DNA of 32,000 nucleotides, from assembly GCA_965250005.1 (NCBI GenBank), contig OZ252279.1, positions 420,001 to 452,000 on the forward strand, in the 5' to 3' direction. Shown one piece after another: positions 27,677-32,000 of the stretch (its first letter is position 1; the number at the start of each line of letters is the position of its first letter). The notes under the pieces are model-generated. The model searched no databases, was not told where the DNA came from, and was given only the letters and a program-made list of their open reading frames with translations. The position numbers were made by a program, and so were the translations under genes. Source of the DNA: Demequinaceae bacterium. GTDB lineage: Bacteria > Actinomycetota > Actinomycetes > Actinomycetales > Demequinaceae.

Positions 27677-29560
27677 GTGAGCACGCCCGCGGATTACCGG
27701 CCCGCGCAAGGCAGCGTGCCTACCAAGCCAGGCGTTTACCGCTTTCGTGACCTGCACGGCCGCGTCGTGTACGTAGGAAAAGCCAAGAACCTCCGCTCTC
27801 GACTCGCCAACTACTTCCAGAATCCGCGGGCGCTCCACCCTCGCACGCGGGCCATGGTGACCGCGGCATCAGCCGTGGACTGGGCTGTCGTGAGTTCGGA
27901 GGTTGAGGCACTCGTACTCGAGCACACGTGGATCAAGCAGTACGACCCCCGGTTCAACGTCATGTTCCGGGACGACAAGAGCTACCCATTTCTTGCCATC
28001 ACAATGAGTGAAGAATTCCCGCGCATCCACGTGACCCGCGACGCCCGCAAAAAGGGAGTGAAGTACTTCGGCCCGTACGCGAAAGTTTGGGCGATCAACG
28101 AGACAGTGGACACGCTGCTCACCGCGCTTCCTATGCGATCGTGCTCGGCATCGACCTTCAAGAATGCGCAGCGCAGCGACCGTCCATGCTTGCTGGGATA
28201 TATCGACAAGTGCGCGGCTCCGTGCGTCGGCAAGATCGACGCAAACGCCCATCGTGCCCTCGCGGCAGAGGCATGCTCAGTACTTGCGGGCGATGCTAAG
28301 CGGCTAGTGCGCTCGCTTACCGGCGAGATGGAGCGCGCGTCTGCCGCAGAGCAGTTCGAGGCCGCCGGTCGGTCGCGCGACAAGCTCCATGCTCTCAACA
28401 CGGTGCTCGAGCGCAATGCGGTTGTGCTCGACCCTGGCGTGGACGCTGACGTTCTCGCAATCGAGGACGGCGAGTACGAGTCTGCGGCGCACGCGTTCTA
28501 TGTGCGGGATGGCCGGATTCTCGGCCAGCGCGGATGGATTATTGACAAGCCCGAGCCGCTGGAGCCCGCTGACGTAGTGGCGCAGTTGGTACAGGAGGTC
28601 TACGCTTCGGCGGAGGCCGGAGACATCCCTGCCGAGGTGCTCGTGTCCGCCGCGCCAACGGAGGCAACAAACCTGCGGGCGTGGCTCGCGGGAATTCGCG
28701 GCTCGCAGGTCTCGCTCAGAGTCGCGACACGTGGGAAGAAGGCGCAACTCCTGGAAACCGCGTCCGAGAACGCTCGTGACGCGCTCGCGCGGCACCGCAC
28801 CAAACGTGCGCAGGACATCAACGCGCGCTCGGCTGCGCTCCGCGAGGTGCAAGACGCGCTGGGCATGTCGGAGGCTCCGCTGCGCATCGAGTGCTATGAC
28901 ATTTCCCACACCGGCGGGCAAAACCAGGTGGCCTCGATGGTCGTATTCGAAGACGCGTTGCCGCGCAAGCGCGACTACCGGCAATTCACGATAAGAGATG
29001 CAACCGACGACACTGCGGCCATGAGCGAAGTGATCACCCGTCGCTTCACGCGACTGATCGAGGAGTCGAAGCTCCCCGTCGAGGAGCGAGAGACGGCGCG
29101 CTTCGCGTACCCGCCACAACTGGTCGTGGTGGACGGCGGTGAACCCCAGGTCAACGCTGCAAAAGCAGCGCTCGACGCGCTCGGAATCTCGGGGGTGGTG
29201 CTGTGTGGGCTAGCGAAGAGGCTTGAGGAGGTCTGGCTCCCCGGACAATCGTTCCCCGTGGTGCTCCCGCGCGGTTCCGAATCGCTGTACCTGATGCAGC
29301 GGGTTCGCGACGAAGCGCACAGATTCGCGATCCGGCACCATCGCGGAAAGCGCGCCAAGGCGCTCACCAAGTCCACGCTCGATCAGGTACCGGGGATTGG
29401 AGCGACGCGCGCGAAGGCACTGTTGCAACACTTCGGATCCGTCGAGCGGCTCAAGGAGGCATCTCCCGAACAAATCGCGCTGGTGCCCACCGTCGGCACG
29501 GCAATCGCAAGGAAGATTGTCGCTGCATTGCACCGCGACGATGGCATGCTTGAACCATGA
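27677..29560 (+). CDS. uvrC: Excinuclease ABC subunit C
   Basis: 627 aa. The GTG start lies 9 nt after the uvrA stop. GIY-YIG domain (PGVYRFRDLHGRVVYVGKAKNLRSRLANYF), UVR domain, RNase H-like endonuclease domain and a C-terminal HhH2. Confidence 0.96.
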   Translation: MSTPADYRPAQGSVPTKPGVYRFRDLHGRVVYVGKAKNLRSRLANYFQNPRALHPRTRAMVTAASAVDWAVVSSEVEALVLEHTWIKQYDPRFNVMFRDDKSYPFLAITMSEEFPRIHVTRDARKKGVKYFGPYAKVWAINETVDTLLTALPMRSCSASTFKNAQRSDRPCLLGYIDKCAAPCVGKIDANAHRALAAEACSVLAGDAKRLVRSLTGEMERASAAEQFEAAGRSRDKLHALNTVLERNAVVLDPGVDADVLAIEDGEYESAAHAFYVRDGRILGQRGWIIDKPEPLEPADVVAQLVQEVYASAEAGDIPAEVLVSAAPTEATNLRAWLAGIRGSQVSLRVATRGKKAQLLETASENARDALARHRTKRAQDINARSAALREVQDALGMSEAPLRIECYDISHTGGQNQVASMVVFEDALPRKRDYRQFTIRDATDDTAAMSEVITRRFTRLIEESKLPVEERETARFAYPPQLVVVDGGEPQVNAAKAALDALGISGVVLCGLAKRLEEVWLPGQSFPVVLPRGSESLYLMQRVRDEAHRFAIRHHRGKRAKALTKSTLDQVPGIGATRAKALLQHFGSVERLKEASPEQIALVPTVGTAIARKIVAALHRDDGMLEP

Positions 29561-30477
29561 CAGACGAGGCTGATCGAGACTCCTTCCCATCAGGGTTGCC
29601 CAAGCCCGTATTCGAGATGCCTGCGATGCGACCTGCGCTACTGATCGTCACCGGAATGTCAGGAGCCGGGCGGAGCAAAGCCGCAGACGTACTTTCGGAT
29701 CTCGGTTGGTACGTGGTGGATAACCTTCCGCCGCAAATGCTTGGCGAGATGGTTGTCATGGCCGCACGCGAGAACTACACTCGCCTCGCGGCCATCGTCG
29801 ACGTGCGCGGGGGTGCGTTCTTCCGCGACTTCAAGGAGGTCGTGGATGACCTTGAAGCTCGCAGCGTTGAGTTGCGCATCATCTTTCTAGAGGCATCGGA
29901 CCGCGAGCTCGTCAATCGATTTGAGCAGGTTCGCCGCCCTCACCCTCTCCAGGGCGAGGGCACGCTACTCGACGGGATTCAGAACGAACGCGAGGCAATT
30001 GCCGAGGTCCGTAAGCGCGCCGATACGGTGATCGACACAAGCGAGTTCACGGTTCACGACCTCGCCGACAGGATGGTCGAAGAGCTGGGCGCTGAATCTG
30101 ATGTTGAACTCCTCGTCCACGTGCAGTCGTTCGGTTATCGCAACGGAATGCCCACGGACGCGGACTTTGTCGCCGACGTTCGCTTCCTGGACAACCCGCA
30201 CTGGGACCCGAACCTGCGGCCCCTCACGGGAAAGGATGAGGCCGTGCGCGACTTTGTCCTTAACGCCGAAGGTGCGAGCGAGTTTCTGGACGCGTACGTC
30301 GCGCTTGTAGACGTGGCCCTCCGCCGCTATCGCGCTCACGACAAACACCACGTCACGATCGCCGTCGGCTGCACGGGCGGCAGACACCGCTCGATCGCGA
30401 TTTCGGAAGCGATGGCGAATCGCCTTGAAGATCACGGCTACCGAGTCAAGACATCGCATCGGGACACCGAGGTCTAG
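29557..30477 (+). CDS. rapZ: RNase adapter / nucleotide-binding protein RapZ (YvcJ family)
   Basis: 306 aa. The ATG overlaps the uvrC stop (ATGA). P-loop LLIVTGMSGAGRS. Conserved C-terminal motif IAVGCTGGRHRS. A later start at 29617 (MPAMRPA...) is possible. Confidence 0.9.
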   Translation: MTDEADRDSFPSGLPKPVFEMPAMRPALLIVTGMSGAGRSKAADVLSDLGWYVVDNLPPQMLGEMVVMAARENYTRLAAIVDVRGGAFFRDFKEVVDDLEARSVELRIIFLEASDRELVNRFEQVRRPHPLQGEGTLLDGIQNEREAIAEVRKRADTVIDTSEFTVHDLADRMVEELGAESDVELLVHVQSFGYRNGMPTDADFVADVRFLDNPHWDPNLRPLTGKDEAVRDFVLNAEGASEFLDAYVALVDVALRRYRAHDKHHVTIAVGCTGGRHRSIAISEAMANRLEDHGYRVKTSHRDTEV

Positions 30478-30540
30478 TTGCCCTCTATCCGGAATTACTC
30501 GCTGGACACGGGCGTCCCCCATTAGTGGCAGAATTGCGCC

Positions 30541-31521
30541 ATGGCATTGACCGCAGCGGCGAAGGATGAACTCGCCAGAGTTCCCGTGGAAAAGGTCTCT
30601 AGCCGGAAGGCGGAGATCGCGACCACGCTCAGGTTCGCGGGCGGACTTCACATTGTCTCGGGGCGCATCGTCATCGAGGCAGAGCTGGATACGGCCGCTG
30701 GTGCGCGTCGGCTCCGCCAGTTCATCGCCGACGTCTACGGCCACAAATCGGAGATCATCGTCGTGTCCGGGAGCGCCCTGAAGAAGGGCAATCGGTACGT
30801 GGTCAGAATCGTGAAGGACGGCGAGTCGCTCGCGCGGCAAACGGGTCTGCTCGATCACCGCGGCCGGCCAGTGCGTGGACTGCCTCCGCAAGTGGTTGGC
30901 GGTTCGATTGAGGACACAGTCGCCGCTTGGCGCGGAGCATTCCTCGCGCACGGGTCGCTCACGGAACCGGGCCGGTCCTCAGCTCTCGAAGTAACGTCAC
31001 CCGGACCCGAGGCCGCTCTTGCCCTCGTAGGCGCAGCCCGCCGGCTCGGCGTCACGGCCAAGTCCCGCGAGGTGCGCGGTGTCGATCGCGTCGTGATTCG
31101 AGACGGTGACGCGATTAGCGCCTTGCTTGCCCGCCTGGGCGCTCATGAGGCCGTGCTCGCGTGGGAAGAGAAACGCATCCGACGCGAAGTTCGTGGCACG
31201 GCCAACCGGCTCGCGAACTTTGACGACGCGAACTTGCGGCGGAGCGCACGCGCCGCTGTCGCCGCGGGATCTAGGGTTCAGCGCGCTTTCGAAATCCTTG
31301 GTGATGACGTCCCCGAGCATCTGCGAGAAGCGGGCGAACTCCGCCTCAACCACAAGGAGGCCTCCCTCGAGGAGCTCGGCAAGATGGCCGACCCGGCGCT
31401 GACCAAAGACGCAGTCGCGGGACGCATCCGGCGCCTGCTGGCTACGGCTGACAAACGTGCAGAAGATCTGGGCGTCGCGGACACCGAAGCGGGCCTTGAC
31501 GGGCAGTTGCTGGACGACTAG
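30541..31521 (+). CDS. whiA: Sporulation/cell-division transcription factor WhiA
   Basis: 326 aa. The N-terminus [50 protein letters not shown] is closely similar to actinobacterial WhiA. It has a degenerate LAGLIDADG homing-endonuclease-like core and a C-terminal HTH ([27 protein letters not shown]). Confidence 0.95.
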   Translation: MALTAAAKDELARVPVEKVSSRKAEIATTLRFAGGLHIVSGRIVIEAELDTAAGARRLRQFIADVYGHKSEIIVVSGSALKKGNRYVVRIVKDGESLARQTGLLDHRGRPVRGLPPQVVGGSIEDTVAAWRGAFLAHGSLTEPGRSSALEVTSPGPEAALALVGAARRLGVTAKSREVRGVDRVVIRDGDAISALLARLGAHEAVLAWEEKRIRREVRGTANRLANFDDANLRRSARAAVAAGSRVQRAFEILGDDVPEHLREAGELRLNHKEASLEELGKMADPALTKDAVAGRIRRLLATADKRAEDLGVADTEAGLDGQLLDD

Positions 31522-31540
31522 ACGTCTGCATGAACATGAC

Positions 31541-31562
31541 ATGCGTGACTTACGTCATGCGT
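31541..31562 (+). other. Hairpin ATGCGTGAC-TTAC-GTCATGCGT in the whiA-gap spacer (terminator or operator candidate)
   Basis: 9-bp stem (7 Watson-Crick pairs and 2 G-U) with the tetraloop TTAC. It begins 20 nt after the whiA stop. The octamer CATGCGTG occurs twice (31540-31547 and 31556-31563). No U-tract. Confidence 0.3.
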
Positions 31563-31632
31563 GTTGGAGCGCCGAACCGTAGTAACCTTGGAGGTAGTTC
31601 CTCGCCCACGCGCGAGGACGCGCGTACGTTGA

Positions 31633-32000
<368 letters not shown>

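Overview
High-GC, densely coding core-chromosome segment with the gene order typical of Actinomycetota. It holds about 25 protein genes and one tRNA. I see no rRNA, CRISPR array, transposase, integrase or composition-shifted island. Gene order: trpA (3' part)-lgt | gltB-gltD | pyk | tRNA with anticodon CAA (minus strand) | ANTAR response regulator (PdtaR-like) | Liv-type substrate-binding lipoprotein (+), converging on thioesterase-livH-livM-livG-livF (-) | polA-pfkA | rpsA-coaE-uvrB | terC | yciI (-) | uvrA-uvrC-rapZ-whiA | gap (5' part). Every long ORF on the coding strand belongs to a well-known family. The long antisense ORFs look like GC-driven shadow frames. I did not find a convincing new multi-gene system. 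The items worth a second look are small-scale: (1) the tRNA folds by hand as a 74-nt class-I cloverleaf although its anticodon (CAA) and D-loop look like tRNA-Leu, which normally has a long variable arm; (2) a structured, palindrome-rich leader lies between the ANTAR regulator gene and the solute-binding gene; (3) TANNNT hexamers recur 6-7 nt upstream of SD-less GTG/ATG starts (leaderless geometry), three times as overlapping back-to-back pairs in very short divergent spacers; (4) a perfect actinobacterial SOS box overlaps the uvrA -35 region; (5) the normally conserved yvcK/cuvA gene is absent between rapZ and whiA; (6) LivH has an N-terminal extension and Lgt a C-terminal one. All structure and motif calls were made by eye and need computational confirmation.
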